Notes: generated from the letters alone by a model not told the origin. DNA of 64,000 nucleotides from Verrucomicrobiota bacterium (GCA_049510745.1 JBEKYR010000020.1:1-64000); one strand, 5' to 3'. Positions 20,990 through 31,645 are shown, counted from the stretch's first letter. Numbers and translations are program-made.

Positions 20990-22708
20990 ATGCAAAATTT
21001 CATCACCGACCGGTCTTTGCCATTATTGCTCAAGGCTTCCTGGCAGGGGGCGGTCATAATCGTGTTGGTGCTGGCGGCGCAATACGCCTTGGGGCGGCGC
21101 TGAAACCCGCGCTGGCGGCACGCCCTTTGGTGGCTGGTCGTGGCCCGGCTGGCTTTGCCCGCGACCATTCCCTCGCCCGTCAGTCTGTTCAATGTCCTGC
21201 CCATTTTCGGCGGAGCCGCGCGCGTCGCGGATGCCGGCGCCTCTCCCAGCCCCGCGCAAATCCAAGCGCCCGTTGAACGCGCGTCCGCCAATCCCGCCGG
21301 CGCGCCGCCTACGGGCGCAGGGGTTTCGCCGTGGCTGTGGTTGTGGGCGGCGGGCGCGCTTTTCATGGCGGTTTGCCTGGGGACAAATCATTTCCGCATC
21401 CACCGGCGGGTGGCGGGGCGCCGTCCGTTGATCGACGCCCCGGTGCTGAATTTGCTGGAGGACTGCAAACAACGAATGGGCGTGCGCGCGCCCATCACGC
21501 TGGTGGAGACGGCGGCGGTGGACGGCCCGTGTTTGTTCGGGGTTTTGCGGCCGCGGCTTCTTCTGCCGCCGGGGTTCACGCGCGAGTTTTCCCCCGACGA
21601 ACTGCGTTACGTGTTCCTGCATGAACTGGGCCATGTCCAGCGCCACGACATTCCTTTGGGGTGGCTGATGGCGGTCCTGCAAATCCTGCACTGGTTCAAT
21701 CCGCTGGTCTGGCTGGCGTTTTCCCGGATGCGCGTGGATCGCGAGCTGGCGTGCGACGCGCTGGCCCTTTCGCACGCGGAGGACCGGGAAAACAAGCCCT
21801 ACGGCCGCACCATTGTGAAACTGCTGGAGAATTTTGGCGATTCCGTCCGGGCGCCGAGCCTGGCGGGAATCGTTGAAGACAAACAACAAATCAGAGAAAG
21901 AATCCTTATGATCGCGAACTTCCATAGATCAAACCGCGGCCTCGCCCTGGCGGCCTCGCTCCTGGCGGGCCTCGGACTGGTGACGCTGACCGACGCGCAA
22001 TCCGGCGCCAACCCCTCCCCCGCGACCTCCGCCGATGCGGGCGGCGCGCCGCGCATTATCGCCACCTCGCCGAAAACCGGGGCCACGGACGTTGACCCGG
22101 CGCTGACGGAGATCACGGTCACCTTTGACCGCGACATGGGCGGCGGCATGTCCTGGACCGGGGGCGGGCCGGACTTTCCAAAATCGCCGGAGGGCGCCAA
22201 GGCCTATTGGATCAACAAGCGCACCTGCGCCCTTCCCGTAACGCTCCAAGCCGCGCGTTACTATCGCGTCGGCATCAATTCGACGAGCTACCAGAATTTT
22301 CGCGGCGCCAACGGCGTTCCGGCGAAACCCTCGGCCATTTACTTCACCACTCAGGGCGCGAGCGAGGCCCTGCAGCTCAAGACAAAGGTGCCGGAGATTG
22401 TCAGCCTCAACCCGCCCAACGGAGCGCGCGATGTCAGCCCTGCGCTGACCGAGTTGCGTGTCACCTTCAGCGTCCCAATGGGCGGGGGGATGTCCTGGAC
22501 GGGCGGCGGTCCCGGCTTTCCCACAATGCCCGAGGGGAAGAAAGCTTACTGGACCGATGGCGGCAAAACCTGTGTGTTGCCGGTGGAGCTGAAACCGGGT
22601 TCGGAGTATGAACTGGGCCTCAACAGCCCGTCGCACCGGAACTTTCAGAGCGAGGCGGGAGTGCCGCTGGAGCCGGTGCGCTACAAGTTCAAGACCGGCG
22701 CCCAATAA
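20990..22708 (+). pseudogene. BlaR1-type M56 metallopeptidase with two Ig-like (Big_5-like) domains, in-frame TGA at 21101-21103
   Basis: GGAG RBS and ATG 20990; MQNFITDRSLPLLLKASWQGAVIIVLVLAAQYALGRR*NPRWRHALWWLVVARL continues in frame into HELGH, HWFNPLVW, RELACD. Confidence 0.8.
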
Positions 22709-22720
22709 TCGTCTTGACTA

Positions 22721-23452
22721 TTATTTGACCGCCGCCCAGACCCGGTGGACGTCGTCGTGTTCCTCCAGGGCCTGGAGGAATTCGCCCACTTCCATGCGTT
22801 GCGCCTCGGTCAGGTCGGGAAGATGCTTGGGAACATAACCCAATTCGCTCGTCACCACCGTCCAGCCGTTGGCGGTGAGCCATTTGGAGACGGCCTGGAG
22901 CGCCGCGCGATCGCAGAGGAACCGCGCCCCGGCGGCCCCGTCCGGGATGTCGTCATTCTGCTGCTGGGTGAGGGTTTCGACTTCATTGGCGCCCGCTTCG
23001 ATGGCGGCGGCTTCGCGGTCGGTCTGGGCGTCCGGGTGATGGGCCTCGACCAGGCCGGCGTGGTCGAAGAGAAACTTGTTCCCGCCCGCCGGGCCGAGCT
23101 GGCCTTTTTTGAAAAGCATCCGTACCTCCGGCGCCGTCCGATTGACGTTGTCGGTATAGACCTCGACGATGACCGGCACTTTGTGCGGGGCGTACCCCTC
23201 GAAGAGGACGTGTTCGACGGCCAGTTTTTCCGGGCCGATGCCCGCGCCCTTCTTGATGGCGCGCTCGATGGCCTCGCGATTGACACTCTCCTTTTTCGCC
23301 TTCTCCACCGCGGCAAAAAGGCGGGGGTTCATTGCCGGATCCGGCCCGCCCATTTTGGCGGCGACGGAGATTTCGCGCACCAGTTTGGCCGTCGCCCGGC
23401 CCTTTTTGAGTCCGGCGACCAGTCGTTTGGCGTGGAGCCATTGTCGTCCCAT
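22721..23452 (-). CDS. yebC: YebC/PmpR family protein
   Basis: GGPDP..NPRL, IERAIKK, EGYAP, TDN.NRT, LEEHDDV..VW. Confidence 0.92.
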   Translation of the reverse strand: MGRQWLHAKRLVAGLKKGRATAKLVREISVAAKMGGPDPAMNPRLFAAVEKAKKESVNREAIERAIKKGAGIGPEKLAVEHVLFEGYAPHKVPVIVEVYTDNVNRTAPEVRMLFKKGQLGPAGGNKFLFDHAGLVEAHHPDAQTDREAAAIEAGANEVETLTQQQNDDIPDGAAGARFLCDRAALQAVSKWLTANGWTVVTSELGYVPKHLPDLTEAQRMEVGEFLQALEEHDDVHRVWAAVK

Positions 23453-23706
23453 GCCGGCAGGCTAACAAATAGCGCCCGGCGATTCAACCGCGGCTTGCGG
23501 GGGTGTCTTTGTCAGGGCGCATTTCATTTTCTTGGGTGGCCTCTTTCGATTCCTCCTCAGCTTAAATCTTAATCCTTCTCCACGTTTCGGAGGGCAAGAC
23601 CGGCATTACGATCAGGAGGAACTACCCAAAAAAGTGAAACCGCATCCGGTTGGAGCGCAACACACTTCGGGCTTGACATGGCGGGCCGAAGATGCCGTGA
23701 TGAAGC

Positions 23707-24345
23707 ATGGACGGGACACTGATACGAGTGAAAACGACTGCCGCAATCACCATGGCATGTCTGACCGGCCTTCTGTCGGGGCACGCGGGTGCGCAGAGTG
23801 TCTCCGATTTGCTGCAAGAGGGGTTGTCCGTGCCGCACGCCGTCATTCCCCTTTACACCGACCCGCCCCGGAAACTGGCCGCGGTGGTGCGGGTGGACCG
23901 GGCCTACCTGGATTACGAGCGCAAAGGATTTTTTCACATCGGATTGTTTCCCGTCGTGGCGCTGGAAGACGTGACGTTCGAGGCGCGGGACACCGCCAGC
24001 CCGTCGGCCAGCCTGGCCTGCGTGCGGCGCTGGCTGGGCGCCAAGGCCGGCCAGCGGATTGAAATGCGCCGGGTCAAATTCCTCTTCTCTTCGACCAACC
24101 GCCTGGAAGCCGGCCTGGCGCGGTGCGCGGCCGAGGATCGCTGGGAACTGCTCAACGGCGTCCGAGTCATCTCCGGCGCCAGCGAAGCGCGGGCGCCGCG
24201 GGCCATCCTGGAAATGGCCGGGCCGCGAGCCGGGCAGGTGATCCTCGAAACCGTGCCGCCTTCCACCAACACTTTTCTTGCGTCTGCGTTGACGCTCAAT
24301 GATTCGACCAGTGCAACTCTCGTTAACCCGCATTTATCCAAATGA
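23707..24345 (+). CDS. Hypothetical secreted protein
   Basis: Signal-peptide-like N-terminus; stop overlaps the next ATG (ATGA); start uncertain. Confidence 0.65.
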   Translation: MDGTLIRVKTTAAITMACLTGLLSGHAGAQSVSDLLQEGLSVPHAVIPLYTDPPRKLAAVVRVDRAYLDYERKGFFHIGLFPVVALEDVTFEARDTASPSASLACVRRWLGAKAGQRIEMRRVKFLFSSTNRLEAGLARCAAEDRWELLNGVRVISGASEARAPRAILEMAGPRAGQVILETVPPSTNTFLASALTLNDSTSATLVNPHLSK

Positions 24346-27300
24346 AAACAATCCAAAGACTGCTCACGTTGAAACAGGCCGCCGCGATTGCGACCGCCAC
24401 CGCTTTTCTTGCGCTGCTTCCGGGCTTGGCCGAAGCCTCGCCGCCGGCGCCGCCGTTGCCGCCGCCGCCGTTGACGTTCACCAACCTCCATTCGTTCTCG
24501 GTCTTTCCGGGCGGCGCGGTCCCCGCGGCGGCGCTGGCGCAGGGCAGCGATGGGAATTTCTATGGCACGACCACCGGCGGCGGCACCAACGGCGGCTACG
24601 GCACCGTCTTTAAGGTGACGCCCGGCGGCGCGGCGACTGTGTTGTACGAGTTCACCGGCGCCGCCGATGGCGCCTCGCCCAACGGCCTGGTTCCGGGCAG
24701 CGATGGCGCTTTTTATGGAACGACATCCCAAGGCGGCGCTTACGGCGCGGGCAGCATTTTCAAAATCGCGACTGACGGCACGCTGACCAGTTTGTATTCG
24801 TTCACTGGCGGCGCCAATGGAGCGAATCCCCAAGCCGCGCTGGTGCAGGGGAGCGACGGGTATTTTTATGGGACGACAGCGCAAGGCGGCGCCGGCGCCG
24901 GCTACGGCACGGTCTTCAAAATCACGACCAACGGCGCGCTGACCCGTTTGTATGCCTTCACCAACGGCACTGATGGAGCGCGTCCCCAAGCCGCGTTGCT
25001 GGAGGGCAGCGACGGGTATTTTGGTGGAACGACAGCCGGCACAACAGTTGGCGGGAAAGGAACCAACGGCAGCTACGGCTCCGTTTTCAAAATTTCGACC
25101 AACGGGGCGCTGCAGAGCCTGCGCTTCACCGGCGGCATTGATGGAGCGCGTCCCCTGGCCGCGCTGGTGCGGGGCATGAATGGCGATTTTTATGCTTATG
25201 GAACGACATCCCGAGGCGGCGCCAACGGCGCGGGCAACGTTTTCAAAGTCACAACCAACGGCGTGCTGACCGTTTTGTATTCCTTCACCGGCGGCGCCGA
25301 TGGCGCGAATCCCCAAGCCGCGCTTGTGCTGAACACCAACGACGGCAGTTTCTATGGGACTGCGTCATCCGGCGGGATGGTCGTCGATTATTCGAACGGC
25401 AACGAATATCCGGGCAATGGAACCGTCTTCAAGATCACGACCAACGGCGTGCTGACCAGTTTGTATACCTTCACCGGCGGTTCTGACGGAGCGAATCCGT
25501 CCGCCGCGCTGGCGCAGGGAAGCGACGGCAGTTTCTATGGGACCGCTCAATACGGCGGAGTGGGTTACAGTCGGGGGGGCAATGGCACCGTCTTCAAAAT
25601 CGCCGGCAATGGGACGTTTGCCGCGTTGTATGCGTTTCCGGGAGTGAATGATGGCCAATCTGCGGCGGCCCTGGTGCATGGCAGTGACGGCAATTTTTAT
25701 GGGACCACCCAATACGGCGGCACCAACGGCGGCAACGGCACCGTGTTCAAAGTGGCGGCCAGCGGCGCCTTTGCCAGCTTGTATTCGTTCGCCGGCAGCT
25801 ATGATGGGGCAAATCCCGCGACCGCGCTGGTGCAGGGGAGCGACGGCGACTTTTATGGGACCACTCAAGGCGACGGCTCCAACTACAGTGGCACCGTCTT
25901 CGAGATTTCCCCCGGCGGGACCCTGGACACTTTGTACGCCTTCACGGGCGGCTATGACGGAAACACTCCCAACTCCGCACTGGTGCAGGGCAGCGATGGC
26001 AATTTTTATGGGACGACATCCGATGGCGGCTTCTACGGCAACGGCAACGTCTTCAAGATCACGGCGGACGGTTTGCTGACCAGTTTGTATTCGTTCACCG
26101 GCTACAACGATGGCGCCTATCCCAACGGTCTGGTTCTGGGGAGCGACGGCGCTTTTTATGGGACTGCCTCCAGTGGCGGCTTCTTCAACAACGGCAGCGT
26201 TTTTCAGGTCACGACCGATGGCAACCTCAACCCGTTGTATTTCTTCACCGGAACCAATGATGGCGGGTCTCCCATGAGTCCGCTCGTGCAAGGCGGCGAT
26301 GGCAATTTCTACGGCACCACTCAATACGGCGGGACCGGCGGCGGCAACGGCACCGTGTTCAAGATCACGCCCAATGGCTCGTTGACCACTTTGTATTCGT
26401 TCAGCAACGACACAAACGGCGGCAGCCCGAGCGGTTTGCTGGCCGGCACGGATGGAAATTTCTACGGCACAACGGCCGGCGGCGGATACAATTACTCCGG
26501 ATCGGTCTTCGAGATAACTTCAGGCGGCGTTCTGAGAACCTTGTATTCATTCAGCGGCGGCACAGCGGACGGCGGCGCTCCCTACACTTCACTGGCGCAG
26601 GGCGGCGACGGCAGCCTTTATGGAACGACCTCCAGCGGCGCCGTTGGCGGATATGGAGGCGTCTTCCGCCTGAGCGGCGCGACTCTTCCGTCGCCCTTGC
26701 CGATGATTACCGGGCAACCGGCCAGCGTGTCCAACGTTCTTGCCGGCCTTTCCGCCAGCTTCACCGTTACGGCTGTTGGAGGCCAACCGTTGCACTTTCA
26801 GTGGCAGCACAATGGCGTCGATCTTTCCACAGGCGGGGAATTCTTCGGCACGACGCTTCCCTCCTTGACGGTGGACCCGGCGTTCGCGGGCGATGCCGGC
26901 ACGTATTCGGTGACGGTTTTCAATTCCTACGGCTCCGTCGCCAGTTCCAACGCGGTCTTGTCCCTTTATTCCGCCACCAACTCGGGGGAGGCTTACACGG
27001 ATGGCACCAATTACCTGGCCGAAGCGGACTTGGCCGCGGCCAATCTGAGCTTTGCCAACGCGATCAGCCTCTCGGCGAACCCGAGTGCGGGCGCCAACAG
27101 CAGTAATTATTTCTTCCTGGCGGCGACGGAGTTGTTGAGCCTGCCGGAAGAGCCGGCGGGAAGCAATTTCCTCAACCGCCTGGGTGTCAGCACCACCGGG
27201 CGCGACGTTTTCAAATGGAAGGCCAAACTGGCGTACAAGATCCCCATCGGCGTCAACGCCGATGAATTCACCGCCCAACTTCGCACCAATGTTTTGGCCG

Positions 27301-30300
27301 CGATCATTGCCGCCGAGGCCGACCTGGCTGCCATCACCAACACCGATTTCACTCTCCCGTTGACCGCCAGCGAGACGCATGCGGGCGCGGTGACGGTGGA
27401 CTGGGGCGACGTGCAATTGCTGCGGGCGCTGTGCGACGCGGCGGAAGTGTTCATTTACACGACCTATTCGTGGAACCTCAACGCGCAGCTCACGGACGTT
27501 TCCAACATCCTGGCCACGGACAAATCGATCGGGACGTTGCTGGCGGATTATCCCAACCTGCTGACCACCACCTCGACCAGCGATCTGCCTTTGGCCAAGG
27601 GCGCCTTCACCAACGGCATCAATGAGTATTTTGCCGCCTCGCAATTCATTCGCGGCCGGACAAACCTGACGCGCCTCTTTAACCTGACATCCACCAACGA
27701 GATGGCCAAGGAACTGAAGTTTCGCCAGACGTTGACCAACCTCCTCGCCTCGCTCAGCAGCGGCTCGCCGGTGACGCTGACGGACAGCACCAACATCGCG
27801 GTGTCGGCGGCGGCGTTCTTTGGCGGCCATTTCGATCCGCGCGCCTATTTCCCGCAGTTTCAAGGCAGCGAATTCGTCTGGAACACGATCCCGGACCCGA
27901 CCTTTGGGGGCGTGATCAAAGGGCTGACGGAGACAGAGGCTGCCAGCGGATTACTCAAGCATTTCAAGATCAAGAGCGTCCTGGCTGTCCCCGGCGTTTC
28001 GGTTGACGTCCTCTGCAACTTTCCGAACTTTCTCGAACAAAACGGCGTGGTGCAGGGTCTTGATGGCAATCTCTACGGCACGACGCAGTTCGGCCCCATC
28101 GCCTACACGACCAACTATTCTTATTCCACCAACACGTTTCCCGGCACCAACGGCTATGTCATCACCAACATCACAACCTATACCAATGTCCAGCAGAATC
28201 AGGGCTATGGCACGGTCTTCAAGATAACGCCGTCCGGCCAGTACAGCACCCTATACACATTTGGCTCGGTGCAATTGACCAACATCAGCGGCCCCTACAC
28301 GAATGTTTATTATAAGGGGACCAATGTTTTTTACTTCACTTACTACAACACGAACATATACCAACTCGATGGCACCTATCCCGGCGCCCTGGTCCTGGGC
28401 GCGGATGGCGATTTTTACGGCGCCACCCAGTCCGGCGGGTTGTCCTATCAAACCAACTACAATGGCACGAACCTCCCCTCCATCACGACCAATTCCTACA
28501 ATGGCACCCTCTTCAAGATCACTCCTTCCGGCCATCTGACCACGCTCTACAACTTTGGAACGGCGGCTGACCAATATGCCAACACACCCGCCGCCGCGCT
28601 GGCGCAAGGCAGCGATGGCCGGTTCTATGGCACGACCGAATTCGGCGGCACCAACAATGGCGCCGGGACGGTTTTCGCCGTGACCACCAACGGCGCGATC
28701 ACGCTGCTCTACGTGTTCACCAACCACTACGACGGCGGTTATCCGAGCGCGCCGCTGGCGCAAGGCGTTGACGGAAACTTTTATGGAACGACCTCCGGCG
28801 GCGGAACCAACTACGAGGGCAACATTTTCAAGATAACGCCGTCCGGACACTTCAGCACTCTATACTCATTTGGCGCGGTGCAACTGACCAACATCAGCGG
28901 CCCCTACACGAATGTTTATTATAATTATAATGGCAGTGGATACGTTCTCGTGACCAATGTTTATTACAAGACGAATACCTTCCCGCTCGACGGCGCCTAC
29001 CCCAATGCCTTGGTCCAGGGGGCCGATGGCAATTTCTACGGGACCACTCAATCCGGCGGGACCAACGACGTATGGTACGAGGGCGATGGAACGGCCTTTC
29101 GGATTTCGCCCGCCGGCGCCTTCTCGAACCTGCTCTCCTTCGACCGGGAGTTTCTTGATGGTTATTCGCCCTTGGGATCGCTGGTGGCCGGGGCCAACGG
29201 AGTTTTCTATGGCACCGCTTCCGCCGGGGGCGCGAACAACGTGGGCGCCTTATTTGCGCTCAATTCGAGCCGCGCGCAAACCAATATCTTCTGGTTCGGC
29301 AAAAGTTTCGGCGGTTACGGCAACAACCTCCATTCCTATTTCAATTTTTCTTACGCCTACAATCCGATCCCTTCGCCGCTGGTTTTGGGCGCCGATGGCA
29401 ACTACTACGGAACCACGACCGACGACGGCAGCAACGGGAGCGGAACCGTCTTCCGCCTGAGCATCAGTTCCCCGCCCGGCATCGTTACCCAGCCCGTGAG
29501 CCAGACCAACCTTGCCGGCTCGACCGTCAGCTTCGAGGTGTCGGCGATTGGCTCGGCGCCCTTGATTTATCGATGGTTCCTCGATGGAAAGCCGCTGTTC
29601 AACGCCGGGGACGTTTCCGGCGCGCAAAGCAACGTGTTGACACTGACGCGTATCTCGTCCGGTGACATCGGCGTTTATTCGGTCGTCGTCTCCAACTCGC
29701 TTGGCTCGGCCACCAGCTCCGCCGCCTCGCTTGTCGTGTTGCTGCCTCCGTCGATTACGGCGGAGCCTTTGGACCAGCTCATTGCCGCCGGCGAGTCGGC
29801 GACGTTCACCGTGACGGCGGGCGGGACGCAGCCGCTGAGTTACCAATGGCAATTCGACGGCACAAACATCTCCGGCGCGACCAACGCCTCCGTTTCAGCC
29901 GCGAACGCGGGGTCCTATGCGGTCGTTGTGACCAACGCCTATGGGTCGGTCACCAGCAGCGTCGCGGGGTTGGACGTTGAAACCGCCAGCACTGGTCATC
30001 CGTCCCTCACCATATCGATCACCTCGCCGGCCGCCGGTGGCCGCACCGCCAGCGGCGTCGAGGGCAAGGCCTCCGGGAAGCTGCCGGTCTGGAACGTCTT
30101 TTACCGGGTCACCAACTACAACAAGGGGACGAATATCACCAGCGGCCAGGCCGTCCTGGCCTCCGGCGCGGCCGCCACCAACTGGTTTGTCACCAATAAT
30201 CTTCTTCCCGGCACGAACATCATCGCGGTCCAGGCCATCGACCTGGCCTCGAACCACTCGCCGGTGGTGACGCGCAAGTTCTTTTACGAAGTGACCGCGC

Positions 30301-31610
30301 CCCTCAACCTGCTGGCCCAGGGCACCGGCAGCGGCAGCTTCGCGCTGAAATCATTCGTCTCCGGCGAGAAAAACCTGGCGACCAACACGCCGCTGAATAT
30401 CGGCGAACCATACCAGATTACCGCCAAACCGGACGGCCATTCGCTCTTTGGCGGCTGGACGGTGACGACGACCAACAGTTCGCTCTCGACCAATCGCGCG
30501 GCCATCAGATTTATCATGGAATCCAGCCTGAGAATCAGCGCCGACTTCGAGACCAACATCTACTTCGGGGCCTTCGGCACCTACAACGGCCTTTTTGTGG
30601 TCAGCAACAACCTCAACGACGTGACCGAGGCCACCGCCGGCTTGCTCGGCGGATTGCTCATCCACACCAACGGCAATTTCAGCGGCAAATTGTGGATTGA
30701 CGGCGGCAGCCACCCCATCGGCGGAGTCTTTGACGCCTATGGCGACGCCACCAATAAGGTGACGATCCCAGGCGGACATGTGCTGCTCCAGATGACGTTG
30801 GATACGAGCACGAATCCGCCGCAGGTTTTCGGCACGGTTTCCGGAAGCAATAACGGAGCGGCCTGGACGGCCGACCTGGTGGCCGACCGCGCCGCCAACA
30901 ACCTGCCCGCAGCCGAGTACACGATGCTCATCCCGCCCGGAACCAATGCGCCGCCCACCAGTTCGCCCGGCGGCTTCGGCTACGCCTTGATTACCAATTC
31001 CGCGGGCGGCGCCAAGACTGTGAACACGGCCCGGATCACCGGCGCCTTGGCCGACGGCACAACCTTTAGTCAATCGGTGCCCGTTTCCGAAGACGGCTAC
31101 GTGCCCTTCTACGACTCTCTTTACGGCAACAAGGGCCTGCTGCTGGGTTGGATTAACCTGGAGGTCCCCAACACCAACACCACCGGCCTGATTTGGATTC
31201 ATCCCAAAACCACCGGCGGCCGATACAAGACCGGCTTTACCAATATCGTCCCCGGTGTCGAACTTGGCGGCCAGGTTCCGCTTCCGCTTTTGCTTTCGCC
31301 GTGGACCAACCCGCCGACGGACCTTGGCACGCTGACAAATCTGGTCATCTCCGTCACCAACTCCGCCCCCGCCGACCTGTTCGACTTCGGAGTGAGTTTC
31401 AGCGGCAAGAACTTGACCTTGAGCAAAGTGTCCGGCACGGGAGTCGTGACCGGCTCGATCAATCCCAAGACCGGCCTGTTGAAAGTGACCTTCGGCAGCA
31501 AGCCAGCCAAGACGACCAATGGCTTCGGCGCGATCTTGCAGAACGCCGCCTTTGGCGGCGGCTATTTCCTGACCCTTACCAACGGCGAAGCCGTCGAACT
31601 GGGGCCTTGA
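24342..31610 (+). CDS. Giant surface protein with GloVer (Gloeo_Verruco) tandem repeats, Ig domains, a helical insert and a C-terminal beta domain
   Basis: Many LVQGSDG.FYGTT..GG...GTVFKIT..G.LT.LYSF units; I-set-like QP.S...F.V.A.G..PL.YQW modules. Confidence 0.92.
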   Translation: MKTIQRLLTLKQAAAIATATAFLALLPGLAEASPPAPPLPPPPLTFTNLHSFSVFPGGAVPAAALAQGSDGNFYGTTTGGGTNGGYGTVFKVTPGGAATVLYEFTGAADGASPNGLVPGSDGAFYGTTSQGGAYGAGSIFKIATDGTLTSLYSFTGGANGANPQAALVQGSDGYFYGTTAQGGAGAGYGTVFKITTNGALTRLYAFTNGTDGARPQAALLEGSDGYFGGTTAGTTVGGKGTNGSYGSVFKISTNGALQSLRFTGGIDGARPLAALVRGMNGDFYAYGTTSRGGANGAGNVFKVTTNGVLTVLYSFTGGADGANPQAALVLNTNDGSFYGTASSGGMVVDYSNGNEYPGNGTVFKITTNGVLTSLYTFTGGSDGANPSAALAQGSDGSFYGTAQYGGVGYSRGGNGTVFKIAGNGTFAALYAFPGVNDGQSAAALVHGSDGNFYGTTQYGGTNGGNGTVFKVAASGAFASLYSFAGSYDGANPATALVQGSDGDFYGTTQGDGSNYSGTVFEISPGGTLDTLYAFTGGYDGNTPNSALVQGSDGNFYGTTSDGGFYGNGNVFKITADGLLTSLYSFTGYNDGAYPNGLVLGSDGAFYGTASSGGFFNNGSVFQVTTDGNLNPLYFFTGTNDGGSPMSPLVQGGDGNFYGTTQYGGTGGGNGTVFKITPNGSLTTLYSFSNDTNGGSPSGLLAGTDGNFYGTTAGGGYNYSGSVFEITSGGVLRTLYSFSGGTADGGAPYTSLAQGGDGSLYGTTSSGAVGGYGGVFRLSGATLPSPLPMITGQPASVSNVLAGLSASFTVTAVGGQPLHFQWQHNGVDLSTGGEFFGTTLPSLTVDPAFAGDAGTYSVTVFNSYGSVASSNAVLSLYSATNSGEAYTDGTNYLAEADLAAANLSFANAISLSANPSAGANSSNYFFLAATELLSLPEEPAGSNFLNRLGVSTTGRDVFKWKAKLAYKIPIGVNADEFTAQLRTNVLAAIIAAEADLAAITNTDFTLPLTASETHAGAVTVDWGDVQLLRALCDAAEVFIYTTYSWNLNAQLTDVSNILATDKSIGTLLADYPNLLTTTSTSDLPLAKGAFTNGINEYFAASQFIRGRTNLTRLFNLTSTNEMAKELKFRQTLTNLLASLSSGSPVTLTDSTNIAVSAAAFFGGHFDPRAYFPQFQGSEFVWNTIPDPTFGGVIKGLTETEAASGLLKHFKIKSVLAVPGVSVDVLCNFPNFLEQNGVVQGLDGNLYGTTQFGPIAYTTNYSYSTNTFPGTNGYVITNITTYTNVQQNQGYGTVFKITPSGQYSTLYTFGSVQLTNISGPYTNVYYKGTNVFYFTYYNTNIYQLDGTYPGALVLGADGDFYGATQSGGLSYQTNYNGTNLPSITTNSYNGTLFKITPSGHLTTLYNFGTAADQYANTPAAALAQGSDGRFYGTTEFGGTNNGAGTVFAVTTNGAITLLYVFTNHYDGGYPSAPLAQGVDGNFYGTTSGGGTNYEGNIFKITPSGHFSTLYSFGAVQLTNISGPYTNVYYNYNGSGYVLVTNVYYKTNTFPLDGAYPNALVQGADGNFYGTTQSGGTNDVWYEGDGTAFRISPAGAFSNLLSFDREFLDGYSPLGSLVAGANGVFYGTASAGGANNVGALFALNSSRAQTNIFWFGKSFGGYGNNLHSYFNFSYAYNPIPSPLVLGADGNYYGTTTDDGSNGSGTVFRLSISSPPGIVTQPVSQTNLAGSTVSFEVSAIGSAPLIYRWFLDGKPLFNAGDVSGAQSNVLTLTRISSGDIGVYSVVVSNSLGSATSSAASLVVLLPPSITAEPLDQLIAAGESATFTVTAGGTQPLSYQWQFDGTNISGATNASVSAANAGSYAVVVTNAYGSVTSSVAGLDVETASTGHPSLTISITSPAAGGRTASGVEGKASGKLPVWNVFYRVTNYNKGTNITSGQAVLASGAAATNWFVTNNLLPGTNIIAVQAIDLASNHSPVVTRKFFYEVTAPLNLLAQGTGSGSFALKSFVSGEKNLATNTPLNIGEPYQITAKPDGHSLFGGWTVTTTNSSLSTNRAAIRFIMESSLRISADFETNIYFGAFGTYNGLFVVSNNLNDVTEATAGLLGGLLIHTNGNFSGKLWIDGGSHPIGGVFDAYGDATNKVTIPGGHVLLQMTLDTSTNPPQVFGTVSGSNNGAAWTADLVADRAANNLPAAEYTMLIPPGTNAPPTSSPGGFGYALITNSAGGAKTVNTARITGALADGTTFSQSVPVSEDGYVPFYDSLYGNKGLLLGWINLEVPNTNTTGLIWIHPKTTGGRYKTGFTNIVPGVELGGQVPLPLLLSPWTNPPTDLGTLTNLVISVTNSAPADLFDFGVSFSGKNLTLSKVSGTGVVTGSINPKTGLLKVTFGSKPAKTTNGFGAILQNAAFGGGYFLTLTNGEAVELGP

Positions 31611-31645
31611 ACCCGCGGCAAAGCGACGCGGCAGAAAATCGCAAT

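Noticed and set aside
21101..21103. Selenocysteine or genome-wide TGA recoding
   Set aside because: Not a Cys-type position, no evident SECIS, and TGA terminates many genes in the window
28218..29060. Possible DGR template/variable repeat pair
   Set aside because: Both copies are in frame in one CDS, differences are not adenine-specific, and no reverse transcriptase is present
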